A DNA stretch of 64,000 nucleotides from Planctomycetota bacterium. GTDB taxonomy: Bacteria; Planctomycetota; GCA-002687715; CAIWVZ01. Position 1 is the first letter of the stretch; each line of letters opens with the position of its first letter. The position numbers and the translations under genes are program-made. Below the pieces are notes generated by a model. It was not told where the DNA came from. It made no database searches and saw nothing but the letters and a program-made list of their open reading frames with translations. The stretch is from positions 352,001-416,000 of the forward strand of contig JBGANV010000001.1 in assembly GCA_044222185.1 (NCBI GenBank), given 5' to 3'. Below, piece by piece: positions 9,367-23,100 of the stretch.

Positions 9367-10446
9367 TTGAAGAAGCGGGTGCCCGGTGCTGCTGCCGCGG
9401 AGGCGTTGATCGCCTGGTTTCGGCGACATCAGCGAGACTTGCCGTGGCGACGTGACCGCTCCCCGTACCGGGTCTGGGTTTCGGAGGTGATGCTCCAACA
9501 GACGACCGTCGAGACGGTGAAACCCGCCTTCGAACGCTTCGTCGCGCGCTACCCCACGGTCCAAGCTCTCGCGAAGGCCAGGCCGGAGGACGTGCTCGCG
9601 GCCTGGTCGGGGCTCGGCTACTACCGGCGCGCGCGATTGCTGCACCAGGGCGCACAGGCGTGCGTCGAGCACCATCGGGGAGCCGTTCCCGACGATCCGG
9701 CGCAGATCCGGGAGCTGCCGGGGGTGGGTGACTACACGGCCGGCGCGATCGGGTCGCTCGCCTTCGGACACGCGATGCCCGCGATCGACGGCAACGTGGG
9801 ACGTGTCCTGTCGCGACTCGACGCCGCACGGGTCGACGTGACGAACGCGCGAGACCGTCGTGAGCTCGGCGACGCGCTCCTCGATTGGATGCCGCGCGAT
9901 CGTGCCGGCGAGTTCAACGAGGCGCTCATCGAACTCGGTGCCGTCGTGTGCCGTCCCACCTCGCCGAAGTGCGGCGACTGTCCCGTCTCTCGGTGGTGCG
10001 CCGCGCTAGCCGAAGGGAGTGTCGATCGGTTTCCGGCGAGACGCGCCCGACCGGAGACCGTCGAGGTCGTCTCGGTCCGCGCCCTCGTCGTCGTGAATGG
10101 CCGCGCCCTCGTGACGCGTCGGGCGGAGGCGTCGAAATTGCTCGCGGGTTTCGAGGAGCTGCCCGGCCGCTGGCTGCGAGCAGGCGAAGACCGAAGGGGA
10201 GTGATCGCTGCGGCGCTCGGCGATCTGGGATTCCGCGACGTGAGGCCGGGGCGCCTCGTGGCGGACGCCCGCCACGCCATCACTCGGCATCGCATTCGGA
10301 GTGAGGCCTACGCCGTCGTCGCGCGGGCGCCGAACAGGCTTCCGGACGACGCACGCTTCATCCCGATCGCAGAGCTGTCCGGGCGCGGGGTGACGACGGA
10401 GACCCGCAAGCTCGCGCGCGGTTTCAGCGCGGAGTCGGAGGCCTGA
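9367..10446 (+). CDS. mutY: A/G-specific adenine glycosylase
   Basis: RDLPWR, VWVSEVMLQQT, WSGLGYYRRAR, LPGVGDYTAGAI, DGNVGRVLSR, Fe-S motif CRPTSPKCGDCPVSRWC. Start approximate. Confidence 0.93.
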   Translation: MKKRVPGAAAAEALIAWFRRHQRDLPWRRDRSPYRVWVSEVMLQQTTVETVKPAFERFVARYPTVQALAKARPEDVLAAWSGLGYYRRARLLHQGAQACVEHHRGAVPDDPAQIRELPGVGDYTAGAIGSLAFGHAMPAIDGNVGRVLSRLDAARVDVTNARDRRELGDALLDWMPRDRAGEFNEALIELGAVVCRPTSPKCGDCPVSRWCAALAEGSVDRFPARRARPETVEVVSVRALVVVNGRALVTRRAEASKLLAGFEELPGRWLRAGEDRRGVIAAALGDLGFRDVRPGRLVADARHAITRHRIRSEAYAVVARAPNRLPDDARFIPIAELSGRGVTTETRKLARGFSAESEA

Positions 10447-11498
10447 TGCCCGCGCGCGACGAGAACCGCGGACGCCGGCGCGGCCCCGATCGGGGGCGAC
10501 CGCAACGCTCCGGGGCAGGCCCCGCCGGCGGGCGAGGGCCGCACGGGCGCCGTCAGGATGCCGGAAGCGCACGTCGCACGGGGCCGACGAACGATGCGCC
10601 GTGGCACTTCGTGGAGGCGCGACGCCTCCTGGAGCAGGGCGCCGTCCGCGCGGCGATGGAGCAGGCGGGATTCGGCATCCGCCTCGAGACTGACGACCCG
10701 GAGGGCTTCCTGATCCTCGGCGAGATCAACCTCGCCGACGGCAACCTGGCGGAGGCGCGACGGGACTTCGAGGCGGCGTTGAAGAAAGCCGAGCGGCGTC
10801 GCGCCCTCGACTCCGATGGAGGCGACCCGCGGCTGCGTGCGCTGCTCGGGCTGTCGCAGACGGCGCGTCTCGCGGGCGACCTGGCGACCGTCGTCAAGCA
10901 TCTCGTGGCGGCCATTCGCCTCGACCCGTCGGATCCGTTCGTCCTCGGTCCCATGCTGGCCGAGGCGGCGCTCCTCGTGTCCGATCACGACCTCGCGGCA
11001 CGTCACGTCGGAGCTCCCGACGGGGCGCCACCGGATCAGCACGCGGTCGCGGCGCTGATTCACCTGCGACGCGGCGAGACGGCCGATGCGGTGCTGCGGA
11101 CGCGGCTTGCGTTCTTCGGCAACCTCTACCTCCTGGCCGCATTCATGGGGGAGGAGCCACCGCACCACGGGATCGCGCACGGGTTCGAGGAGGCGACTCC
11201 CGAGTACGCGGCGGAGGTCGCGGATCGACTGGCTGCGTTGTTCGCGGCAGATCCCGAGTTGGTCGACGCCATGGCAGCCGTGGCGGCAACGCGTGTGGTC
11301 CAGGAGGAGATCGCGGAGTTCGTGGAGATCGCGAAGCGGCTCTCGAGGGAGCCCGACGCGGTGCGGCGCGCGGCGCTGATCGCCCGGGCATCCGAGTTGC
11401 GGGACCCGCGCCGGCTGGAGGCGACGACGCCGTCGGTCCTCGCCGAGCTTTCCGAACCGGATGACCCGCACGAGGCGACGCCCCAGTTCGACGTTTGA
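10446..11498 (+). CDS. TPR-repeat protein
   Basis: Helical repeats (PEGFLILGEINLADGNLAEARRDFEAAL; AIRLDP); coupled to the mutY stop. Confidence 0.7.
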   Translation: MPARDENRGRRRGPDRGRPQRSGAGPAGGRGPHGRRQDAGSARRTGPTNDAPWHFVEARRLLEQGAVRAAMEQAGFGIRLETDDPEGFLILGEINLADGNLAEARRDFEAALKKAERRRALDSDGGDPRLRALLGLSQTARLAGDLATVVKHLVAAIRLDPSDPFVLGPMLAEAALLVSDHDLAARHVGAPDGAPPDQHAVAALIHLRRGETADAVLRTRLAFFGNLYLLAAFMGEEPPHHGIAHGFEEATPEYAAEVADRLAALFAADPELVDAMAAVAATRVVQEEIAEFVEIAKRLSREPDAVRRAALIARASELRDPRRLEATTPSVLAELSEPDDPHEATPQFDV

Positions 11499-11504
11499 TC
11501 CGGG

Positions 11505-11759
11505 CTACGACGCCGCGTCGTCGTGGGACTCGGCTTCTGCGGCAGCGGCTGCGGCGGCCGCCAGCTCCTGTTCGCGCCGGGCGATCTCGATCTTCTTCTT
11601 CGCGCGGCGGTAGCTGCCCCACACCAGGTAGACGAACAGCGCCGAGCCGAGGACGAGGGCCACGATCCGGACCGTGTCCGGCTGGGCCCGTTCGAGCAAC
11701 AGCGCACCGATCATCACGGCGAGGATGATCGGCACGAGGAGTGATTCGAGTCGTTGCAT
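11505..11759 (-). CDS. Small two-TM membrane protein
   Basis: MQRLESLLVPIILAVMIGALLL...IVALVLGSALFVYLVW, then a basic/Ala-rich tail; GGAG upstream. Confidence 0.65.
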   Translation of the reverse strand: MQRLESLLVPIILAVMIGALLLERAQPDTVRIVALVLGSALFVYLVWGSYRRAKKKIEIARREQELAAAAAAAAEAESHDDAAS

Positions 11760-11862
11760 GAGGTGGACTCCATCGCTTCCGGACGGAGGCGTGGATGGTA
11801 CCATCGCGGCGATTTTGGCCCGACGGCGACCGAACGTGCGGCCGCGCGTGCCCGACCCGACC

Positions 11863-15854
<3,992 letters not shown>

Positions 15855-15871
15855 CCGCGGCCACTTTTCCC

Positions 15872-15961
15872 GGAGAGGTGCCGGAGTGGTCGAACGGGCC
15901 GGTTTCGAAAACCGGTGTGCGGGCAACCGTACCTAGGGTTCGAATCCCTACCTCTCCGCCA
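15872..15961 (+). tRNA. tRNA-Ser(CGA)
   Basis: Acceptor stem GGAGAGG/CCTCTCC, G73, encoded CCA; anticodon arm CCGGT-TTCGAAA-ACCGG; long variable arm; T-loop TTCGAAT. Confidence 0.95.
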
Positions 15962-16036
15962 TTTTCATCCTGATTCATCGCCCGCGCGCGGGGGCGAGAC
16001 GGCTCGGCCGGGAAGGCCCAGTCGGTTCGAGCGCCT

Positions 16037-16123
16037 GGAGAGGTGTCAGAGTGGCCGAATGAGCGCGCTTGGAAAGCGCGTATACGGGCAACCGTATCGG
16101 GGGTTCGAATCCCCCCCTCTCCG
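16037..16123 (+). tRNA. tRNA-Ser(GGA)
   Basis: Acceptor stem GGAGAGG/CCTCTCC-G; anticodon arm CGCGC-TTGGAAA-GCGCG; long variable arm; CCA not encoded. Confidence 0.95.
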
Positions 16124-16172
16124 TCGTCGCGGGCAGCGTGGTAATCCGCCGCTCGCGGCCTATCATGGACCC

Positions 16173-16329
16173 TCTTCGCGGTCGCGAGACGCGAAGGACT
16201 TCCCGGTTGTGCTCCGTGGAATGGGGACTGCCGAAACAGGTCAGGCCTTGACGGGAGCAGCCTTCACGTAGCTCGCCATGTGCCGCGATCGGCATGGCCG
16301 GGGAGTCCTTGGCGTCTCGCACCGGAAGA
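16173..16329 (+). ncRNA. ffs: Signal recognition particle RNA (4.5S/ffs)
   Basis: Helix-8 core CAGGTCAGG-CCT-TGAC-GGG-AGCAGCC inside a long rod (GCGAGACGC/GCGTCTCGC, AAGGACT/AGTCCTT); conserved position upstream of dnaX; TATCAT -10 at 16161. Confidence 0.85.
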
Positions 16330-16414
16330 CGTCGCGCATGTCACCCGGTAGCCCCATCATGGCGCCGATGAACCCCGCGGTGCCCACTCGGTGCTCTCGT
16401 CGCAAGGCACGTCC

Positions 16415-18145
16415 GTGACCTATCAGCCGTTCACCCTCAAGTATCGCCCCCAGACGTTCTCGGACGTCGTGGGACAGACGCCTGTCGCGACGACGCTGAA
16501 GAATGCCCTTCGGGACGGCCGGGTCGCCAACGCCTATCTCTTCACGGGCAGCCGAGGCGTGGGCAAGACGTCCATGGCGCGGATCCTGGCGAAGGCCCTG
16601 AACTGCCCGTCCGTCGTCGACAACGAGCCGTGCAACGCCTGCGAGATCTGCAACGCCATCTCCGTCGGCGAGGACATCGACGTGATGGAGATCGACGGCG
16701 CGAGCAATCGCGGCGTCGACGAGATCCGGAGCATCCGCGACAACGTGAGCTATCTGCCGGCGCGGGCGGCACACAAGATCTACATCATCGACGAGGTGCA
16801 CATGCTCACCATCCAGGCCTTCAACGCCTTGTTGAAGACGCTGGAAGAGCCACCGGCGCACGTCAAGTTCATCTTCGCGACGACCGAGCTCCAGGACGTC
16901 CCTGAGACCATCGTCTCGCGCTGCCAGCGCTTCGAATTCCGCCGGATCACGGTCAACGACCTGGTGGATCGGCTGCGGCACATCTGCCAACGCGAGGCCA
17001 TCGAAGCGGAGGAGCCGGTGCTCGAGGCCATCGCGCGGAAGGCCGAGGGCGGGCTGCGCGACTCCGTCGGACTCCTGGATCAGGTCGTCTCGTTTGCAGG
17101 CCAGAAACTCGCCATCGAGGACGTGGACCGCGCGCTCGGCAGCGTCGACGTGGAGCGGATCCGTGGCCTGCTCATCGCCTGCGGCGACGGCGATCCAGCG
17201 GGCGTCATGCGTGCTCTCGACGAAGCATTCGAGGCGGGGCGCGATGCGGAAGAACTCCTGAAGCAGATCCTCGAAGTGCTGCGAGACGCCATGTCGTCGA
17301 CGGCCCGGGGTCAGGCCAGCACGGGAGGGGCCCGCCGGGCGCCGCTCGTGGAAGACGTGAAGGCGCGCTTCGACCTGGACCGCCTCTTGTTCTCCATCAG
17401 ACTGCTCCTGAACACCTGGCGCGAGGTGCGGCAGGTCGGCCAGGGGCGACTCCAGCTCGAGATCGCATTCCTGAAGCTCGCGCGGTCCGTGGACCTCGTC
17501 CCGTGGACCGAGATCCTCACGCGACTCGAACGGGGGGAGGCTGTAGGCGGAGGCGCCCCGGCGGCGGCGGCCCCCGCGCCCGCCGGCGGCCCGTTCACGC
17601 GCCCACTGGCGTCTGCGCCGTTCGCCCCGCGGGCGCCGTTCACCCCGGCGAACCGCCCGGCGAATCCCACGCCTTCGCCAGCGCCCGCACAACGACCCCA
17701 GACCGCGCCACCGCAGGCGGCCGCGCCCGCGGAGGTCGTCCCACAGCCCGAGGTCGACGCTCACCTTCCGCCGTTCGAGATCGTGAAGGCCCAATGGCCC
17801 AGGATCGTCGAGGGGTCGCAGAAGCAGAACGCGCGCATCTCCGCCATGCTCGAGCACGTCGAGGTCCTGCGCACTCAGGGGAGCATCCTGATGCTCGGCA
17901 TCCCGGCCAACCGCGCCATCAGCAAGCAGTCCCTCGAGATGCCTGCGAACCGCGAGATCGTCGAGAAGATCATCGCGAGCGCGCTCGGCGTCACACCCCG
18001 TGTGCGTTATGAACTCACCGCTGCCACGGCGCCATCAGCCCCCGCGCCGGGAACGCGCAAGGACGTGTACAGCGATCCGTCGGTCCGCAAGATCGTGGAC
18101 GCGTTGAACGGGGGCGTGATTCACATCGATCAGAGCAAGACATGA
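16415..18145 (+). CDS. dnaX: DNA polymerase III subunit gamma/tau
   Basis: KYRPQTFSDVVGQ, GSRGVGKTS, EIDGASNRGVDEIR, IIDEVHML, SRCQ; GTG start at 16415. Confidence 0.95.
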   Translation: MTYQPFTLKYRPQTFSDVVGQTPVATTLKNALRDGRVANAYLFTGSRGVGKTSMARILAKALNCPSVVDNEPCNACEICNAISVGEDIDVMEIDGASNRGVDEIRSIRDNVSYLPARAAHKIYIIDEVHMLTIQAFNALLKTLEEPPAHVKFIFATTELQDVPETIVSRCQRFEFRRITVNDLVDRLRHICQREAIEAEEPVLEAIARKAEGGLRDSVGLLDQVVSFAGQKLAIEDVDRALGSVDVERIRGLLIACGDGDPAGVMRALDEAFEAGRDAEELLKQILEVLRDAMSSTARGQASTGGARRAPLVEDVKARFDLDRLLFSIRLLLNTWREVRQVGQGRLQLEIAFLKLARSVDLVPWTEILTRLERGEAVGGGAPAAAAPAPAGGPFTRPLASAPFAPRAPFTPANRPANPTPSPAPAQRPQTAPPQAAAPAEVVPQPEVDAHLPPFEIVKAQWPRIVEGSQKQNARISAMLEHVEVLRTQGSILMLGIPANRAISKQSLEMPANREIVEKIIASALGVTPRVRYELTAATAPSAPAPGTRKDVYSDPSVRKIVDALNGGVIHIDQSKT

Positions 18146-18462
18146 CAGGCTTCGACCCTCGGGCGATGATGGCGCAAGCCAAGAAGATGAAGGACGACCT
18201 TGCGCGGATCCAGGAGGATCTCAAGCAGCGGATGGTCGAGGGCGCAGCCGGCGGAGACCTCGTGAAAGTGGTCTGCAACGGTGCCCAGGAGATCCAGGCG
18301 ATCCGGATCAAGAAGGAAGCGATCGACCCCGATGATCCCGAGATGCTCGAGGACCTCGTGACCGTTGCCGTCAAGGCGGCGCTCGAGAAGAGTCGAAAGC
18401 TCCAGGAGCAGGAGACGTCCAAGGTCACCGGCGGCCTCGGCGGCCTCGGCGGTCTGTTCTGA
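18142..18462 (+). CDS. ybaB: YbaB/EbfC nucleoid-associated protein
   Basis: GAAGGDLVKV, DPDDPEMLEDLV; lies between dnaX and recR. Confidence 0.93.
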   Translation: MTGFDPRAMMAQAKKMKDDLARIQEDLKQRMVEGAAGGDLVKVVCNGAQEIQAIRIKKEAIDPDDPEMLEDLVTVAVKAALEKSRKLQEQETSKVTGGLGGLGGLF

Positions 18463-18577
18463 GGGACGCGCTCGTCCCGTCCGCACGCAGTCGACACCGG
18501 CCAACCGACGGACGGTTTCGTATAGAATGCCGCCTCCCTTTCGGGCAGGTTGTTCATCAGCAGGGCCGGTGCGCAGC

Positions 18578-19204
18578 ATGGCAGGGTTCCCGGAGCCACT
18601 TGAACGGTTGATCGCAGAGTTCGGTCGCCTTCCGGGGATCGGAAGCAAGACGGCCGAGCGCCTCGCCTTCTACGTCGTGAAGGCCGATCGCCTCGAAGCG
18701 ATGAAGCTCGCGATGGCGATCCGCGACGTCAAACGGCACCTGCAACCGTGTCGGACGTGTTTCAACTTCTCCAGCGCGGAGCTGTGTGACGTGTGCGCTG
18801 ACGATGGGAGGGATCACGGTCAGGTGATGGTCGTCGAGCATCCTCGAGATCTGGCCGCATTCGAGCGGACGGGACGGTTCAAGGGCGTCTACCACGTGCT
18901 TCTGGGGCGCCTCTCGCCGCACGACGGCACGGGCCCTGAGCACACGTCTGCTGGCGCGCTGAAGAAGCGAGTCGAGGCGGGCGGGGTGCGCGAGCTCATC
19001 GTCGCGACCAACCCGGATGCGGAGGGCGACGCAACGGCGCGGCTGATCGAGCGGCTGCTCGCCCCGACCGGCGTCCCCATGTTTCGGCTCGCGCGGGGCC
19101 TCTCCACCGGCGGGACGATCGAGTACGCGGGGACCGAGGTCCTGGCGGATGCGCTCGAGCATCGGCGATCCCTGCCGTCGCGCCCTGAAGGAGGACGGGG
19201 ATGA
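18578..19204 (+). CDS. recR: Recombination mediator RecR
   Basis: LPGIGSKTAERLAF, C4 zinc finger, YHVLLGRLSP, ATNPDAEGDATA. Confidence 0.95.
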   Translation: MAGFPEPLERLIAEFGRLPGIGSKTAERLAFYVVKADRLEAMKLAMAIRDVKRHLQPCRTCFNFSSAELCDVCADDGRDHGQVMVVEHPRDLAAFERTGRFKGVYHVLLGRLSPHDGTGPEHTSAGALKKRVEAGGVRELIVATNPDAEGDATARLIERLLAPTGVPMFRLARGLSTGGTIEYAGTEVLADALEHRRSLPSRPEGGRG

Positions 19205-20634
19205 GCCTGGACCTCCGGCTGAACCAGCGACTCGACCTGTCGCTCAAGCTCGCTCCGCAGATCATCCAGTCGATCGAGCTCCTGCAGCTCCCCGCCATGG
19301 ATCTGCAGGACGTGATCCAGGCCGAACTCGACACCAACGAGTTCCTCGAGATCGTTCCCCGCGAAGAGCGGCCCGCTCCGCCAGAAGGTGAAACCGCGCC
19401 GAAGGAATCGCCGGCGCCCGACGACGCCGCGCAGGCCACCGAGTGGGGCGGCGGCGATCTCGACGGGTGGGACGACTTCCGTGCGCGCAGGCGTACGTCG
19501 TCCGACGAGGACGCGGGCCAGAACAAGCTCGAGGCGATGAACAACACGGCCTCGTCCGGGCCAACGCTCCAGGAATCGTTGCTCGAGCAGTTCACGCTGC
19601 TCGAGGGGGCGCAGCAGAACCTCCCACTCGCCGAGCAGATCATCTTCAACCTGAACGAGAACGGATACCTCTCGTGCAGCCTGGAGGATGCCGTCGCGCC
19701 GCTGATGGACCGCTTCACGCTCGAGCAGGCAGAGGCCGTCCTGAAACAGATTCAGGGACTCGAGCCCCGTGGGGTCGGCGCGCGGAACATCTCCGAGTGC
19801 CTTCTCCTGCAACTCGACCCGGCGGACCCCGATGCCCCGATCAAGCGTGAGCTCCTCACCACCTACTTCGAGGACCTCTCCCGAAACCGGCTCCCGAAGA
19901 TCGCGAAGGGGCTGGATCTCTCCCTCGATCAACTGAAGGGCGTCCTTCACGATCTGGCCCGGCTCCGCGTGCACCCGGGGCTGTCGCAGTCGGACGACCG
20001 AAACCGTTACATCAACCCCGACATCCTCGTGGAGTGGAACGGCATCGACTACGACGTCCGACTCGCGAACGAGTACGTCCCCGAGCTCCGTCTCGCCCCC
20101 GAGTACAAGATGGCCCTGCAGGCGAAGGCCGCAGGGAAGGACTACCGCGAGTACGTGAAGAAGAAGGTCGATTCCGCGCGGGCGTTCATCATGGCGGTGG
20201 AGAAACGCCAGCGAACGCTGCTCGGCGTCGGCAAGGCCATCGTGGGCTATCAGCGCGAGTTCCTCGATTACGGCCCTCACTATCTCAAGCCGCTGAAGAT
20301 GCAGCAGGTCGCCGAAGACCTGGGCATCCACGTCTCCACCGTGTCGCGGGCGACCTCCGGCAAGTACATGCAGACGCACCGCGGCATCTTCGCGCTGAAG
20401 GACTTCTTCACGGGTGGGACGGCATCCGTCGACGGGAACGTCGAGTCACGCGAGTCGGTGAAACAGAAGGTGAAGGAGATCGTCGAGCGGGAGGACACGG
20501 GTACGCCGCTCTCGGACGACGACATCGTCGATCGCCTCTTCAAGAACTTCGGCATCAAGGTGGCTCGCCGCACCGTGACGAAGTACCGCAAGGCGCTGAA
20601 GATCCCGTCGTCGCGCCAGCGCAAGTCGTTCTGA
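19201..20634 (+). CDS. rpoN: RNA polymerase sigma-54 factor
   Basis: Region I LAPQIIQSIELLQL, HVSTVSRA, RpoN box ARRTVTKYR. Confidence 0.96.
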   Translation: MSLDLRLNQRLDLSLKLAPQIIQSIELLQLPAMDLQDVIQAELDTNEFLEIVPREERPAPPEGETAPKESPAPDDAAQATEWGGGDLDGWDDFRARRRTSSDEDAGQNKLEAMNNTASSGPTLQESLLEQFTLLEGAQQNLPLAEQIIFNLNENGYLSCSLEDAVAPLMDRFTLEQAEAVLKQIQGLEPRGVGARNISECLLLQLDPADPDAPIKRELLTTYFEDLSRNRLPKIAKGLDLSLDQLKGVLHDLARLRVHPGLSQSDDRNRYINPDILVEWNGIDYDVRLANEYVPELRLAPEYKMALQAKAAGKDYREYVKKKVDSARAFIMAVEKRQRTLLGVGKAIVGYQREFLDYGPHYLKPLKMQQVAEDLGIHVSTVSRATSGKYMQTHRGIFALKDFFTGGTASVDGNVESRESVKQKVKEIVEREDTGTPLSDDDIVDRLFKNFGIKVARRTVTKYRKALKIPSSRQRKSF

Positions 20635-20679
20635 GGGGCCTGATCTTCGATCGCGGCTCGTCCCCTCATCAACGCCGCT

Positions 20680-21228
20680 TCAATCCGCTTCCCACACCTC
20701 GCGTAGGTCGATGGGCACGGTCTCGAGCGGCGGCAGGGCGATCATGATGAACCCTTCGACCTTGCGCTCGAGGACGAATGCGCCACCCACCAGGCGGTGA
20801 ACTTCGATACGGCGCGCGTTCGGATCCACGATCCAGTACCAGGGCGTTCCGTGGCGGGCGTAGAGCGTCTTCTTCACACCCAGATCGCGGCGGGACGTGG
20901 ATCGGGAGAGAACCTCGACCGCGAGGGTGGGTGCACCGACCAGGCCGTGCGCTTCGATCCGGCCTGGCGATGAAGGCATCACGACGACGATGTCCGGTTG
21001 GAACACCGTGCTGTCACTGAGCACCACGTCGTACGGCGAGACTCGGACGCGGCCGAGGCCGAGGCGTCTGGTACCTGAGAGCAGGAGCATGTGGAGCATC
21101 CCGAGTACCGCCTGATGTCGATCGTCAGGCGCCGACATCTCGACCAACTCGCCCTCGAAAAGCTCGTACCTCCTGCCGTCCTCCGGCATGGCGGCGTAGT
21201 CCGCATACGTCATGGCGTGCGTCTTCAT
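20680..21228 (-). CDS. Uma2/DUF820 family putative endonuclease
   Basis: RYELFEGEL, FQPDIVV, PTLAVEVLSRST, KKTLYARHG..YWIVDP. Confidence 0.9.
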   Translation of the reverse strand: MKTHAMTYADYAAMPEDGRRYELFEGELVEMSAPDDRHQAVLGMLHMLLLSGTRRLGLGRVRVSPYDVVLSDSTVFQPDIVVVMPSSPGRIEAHGLVGAPTLAVEVLSRSTSRRDLGVKKTLYARHGTPWYWIVDPNARRIEVHRLVGGAFVLERKVEGFIMIALPPLETVPIDLREVWEAD

Positions 21229-21372
21229 GGTTCGGGGCCATTCTATGGCGGGAGACGCGACGGATGACGAGGTTTTCCGTGCCTGACTGCGGGGCGTGTT
21301 CGAACATCTGACGTCGCGTCAGTTTTTCTGCACACGCGGACGTTCGCGGTCGCGACTCCGATGTCGCGATGT

Positions 21373-21401
21373 TTGCCGGCCCTCACCCCAGCCCGTACGA
21401 T
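21373..21401 (+). promoter_or_regulatory. Sigma70-type promoter of the mutase/carboxylase operon (very short leader)
   Basis: TTGCCG-17 nt-TACGAT ending 10 nt before ATG 21412. Confidence 0.5.
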
Positions 21402-21411
21402 CCGGCCCGTC

Positions 21412-23067
21412 ATGACCGCAGACGGCCAGAAAAACGGAAGCCAAACGCCGCACGACGATCCGCGACTCCCGAGCTGGCGGGCGCGGGTCGCTGGCGAGAG
21501 CGCGGCGCGTACGACGATCTCGGGGTTGCCGATCGAGCCGCTCTATGCCGGAGTCGGCGACGTGGACCGGCTTGGCCTGCCTGGCGATTTCCCGTTCCTT
21601 CGTGGCATTCATCCGACGATGTACCTGGGTCGTCCGTGGACCATGCGGCAGTACGCGGGTTTCTCCACGGCTCGCGAAACGAACTCGCGATTCCGGTACC
21701 TGCTCGGTGCGGGACAGACCGGTCTCTCGACGGCCTTCGATCTTCCGACGCAGATCGGATACGACCCCGATCATGCGCTCGCCGATGGCGAAGTGGGGAA
21801 GGTGGGCGTGTCGATCGCGTGCCTGGACGACATGCTCGAGCTTCTGGACCAGATCCCGCTCGGCAAGGTCTCGACGTCCATGACGATCAACGCGACGGCC
21901 ATGGTGCTGCTCGCGCTCTACGTGGCCGTGAGCAAGCGCCAGGGTGTGGCGTCCAAGGACCTGTCGGGGACGATCCAGAACGACATCCTGAAGGAGTACG
22001 CCGCACGCGGGACCTTCCGTTTCCCGCCCAAGCCGTCCCTGCGGATCATCACCGACATCTTCGAGTACGCGTCCGAGCACCTCCCGCAGTTCAACACCGT
22101 CTCGGTTTCGGGTTATCACATCCGCGAAGCCGGGTCGACGGCGCCGCAGGAACTTGCCTTCACCATCGCGAACGGCCTCGAGTACGTGCGCGTGGCGACC
22201 GAGCGCGGGCTCGGCGTCGATACGTTCGCGCCGCGCATCTCGTTCTTCTTCAACGCGCACAGCGACTTCTTCGAGGAGATCGCCAAGTTCCGGGCGGCAC
22301 GGCGGCTGTGGGCGACTCTCTTGCGCGAGCGGTTCGGCGCGAAGGACAAGCGGAGCCTCGCCCTGCGCTTCCACACGCAGACGGCTGGCTCGACGCTCAC
22401 GGCGGACCAGTTCGAGAACAACACCGTGCGTGTGACGCTGCAGGCGCTTTCCGCGGTCCTCGGGGGAACGCAGAGCCTTCACACGAATTCCCGCGACGAG
22501 GCGCTTTCGCTTCCGTCGGAGGCGTCAGCGCTGCTCGCTCTGCGGACTCAGCAGATCATCGCGGACGAGAGTGGCGTGACCAGCGTCGTCGACCCGTTGG
22601 GCGGCGCGCCGTTCATCGAGGCACTGACCGACCAGGTCGAAGCGCGGGCGCGCGAACTCATCGCCGAAATCGATCGACTCGGTGGAGCCGCGGCTGCCAT
22701 CGAGGCCGGTTACTACCAGCGGGAAATCCATCGCGCGGCGTGGCAGATGCAGCGGGCGATCGAGAGCGGCTCGCGCGTCGTCGTCGGCGTGAACAAGTAC
22801 AGGGTCGACGCTCCCGCGGCGGAAGCGACGTTCCGCGTCTCCGATGAAGTTCAGCGCGCGCAGACCGAACGTGTTCGGGCCGTGCGAGCGCGCCGCCAGG
22901 CCGGCGTGGCGACGGATGCCCTGGCATCGCTCGTGAGAGCCGCGAACGGTCGCGAAAACCTGTTCCCCCGCGTCTTGCACTGCGTCGAAAGCGACGTCAC
23001 GCTCGGCGAGATCTGCACCGCCCTCGAGGGCGTTTTCGGACGCTATCGCGAAGTCCCGGTCTTCTGA
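21412..23067 (+). CDS. Methylmalonyl-CoA mutase, substrate-binding (large) subunit, no B12-binding domain
   Basis: WTMRQYAGF (Tyr), [25 protein letters not shown] (Arg), [19 protein letters not shown]; no DxHxxG motif. Confidence 0.92.
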   Translation: MTADGQKNGSQTPHDDPRLPSWRARVAGESAARTTISGLPIEPLYAGVGDVDRLGLPGDFPFLRGIHPTMYLGRPWTMRQYAGFSTARETNSRFRYLLGAGQTGLSTAFDLPTQIGYDPDHALADGEVGKVGVSIACLDDMLELLDQIPLGKVSTSMTINATAMVLLALYVAVSKRQGVASKDLSGTIQNDILKEYAARGTFRFPPKPSLRIITDIFEYASEHLPQFNTVSVSGYHIREAGSTAPQELAFTIANGLEYVRVATERGLGVDTFAPRISFFFNAHSDFFEEIAKFRAARRLWATLLRERFGAKDKRSLALRFHTQTAGSTLTADQFENNTVRVTLQALSAVLGGTQSLHTNSRDEALSLPSEASALLALRTQQIIADESGVTSVVDPLGGAPFIEALTDQVEARARELIAEIDRLGGAAAAIEAGYYQREIHRAAWQMQRAIESGSRVVVGVNKYRVDAPAAEATFRVSDEVQRAQTERVRAVRARRQAGVATDALASLVRAANGRENLFPRVLHCVESDVTLGEICTALEGVFGRYREVPVF

Positions 23068-23090
23068 CCCGATCATCTGACCCGATCATC
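23063..23090 (+). repeat. 13-bp tandem direct repeat spanning the mutase stop codon
   Basis: TCTGACCCGATCA-TCTGACCCGATCA-TC. Confidence 0.8.
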
Positions 23091-23100
23091 GAGGCGCACC

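Noticed and set aside
15872-16123. Either long-variable-arm tRNA as tRNA-Sec
   Set aside because: Anticodons are CGA and GGA with 7-bp acceptor stems; tRNA-Sec needs a UCA anticodon and normally an 8-bp acceptor stem.
16415-18145. Programmed -1 frameshift or slippage in dnaX producing gamma
   Set aside because: No A-AAA-AAG or poly-A slippery site was seen.
21230-21411. Cobalamin riboswitch upstream of the mutase
   Set aside because: No B12-box or conserved GGGAA/GCCACUG elements were seen.
21412-23067. Mutase as isobutyryl- or 2-hydroxyisobutyryl-CoA mutase, or as a truncated gene
   Set aside because: RQY (Tyr) and the conserved Arg plus linkage to mce/pcc indicate methylmalonyl-CoA specificity; split mutases with a separate B12 subunit are common.
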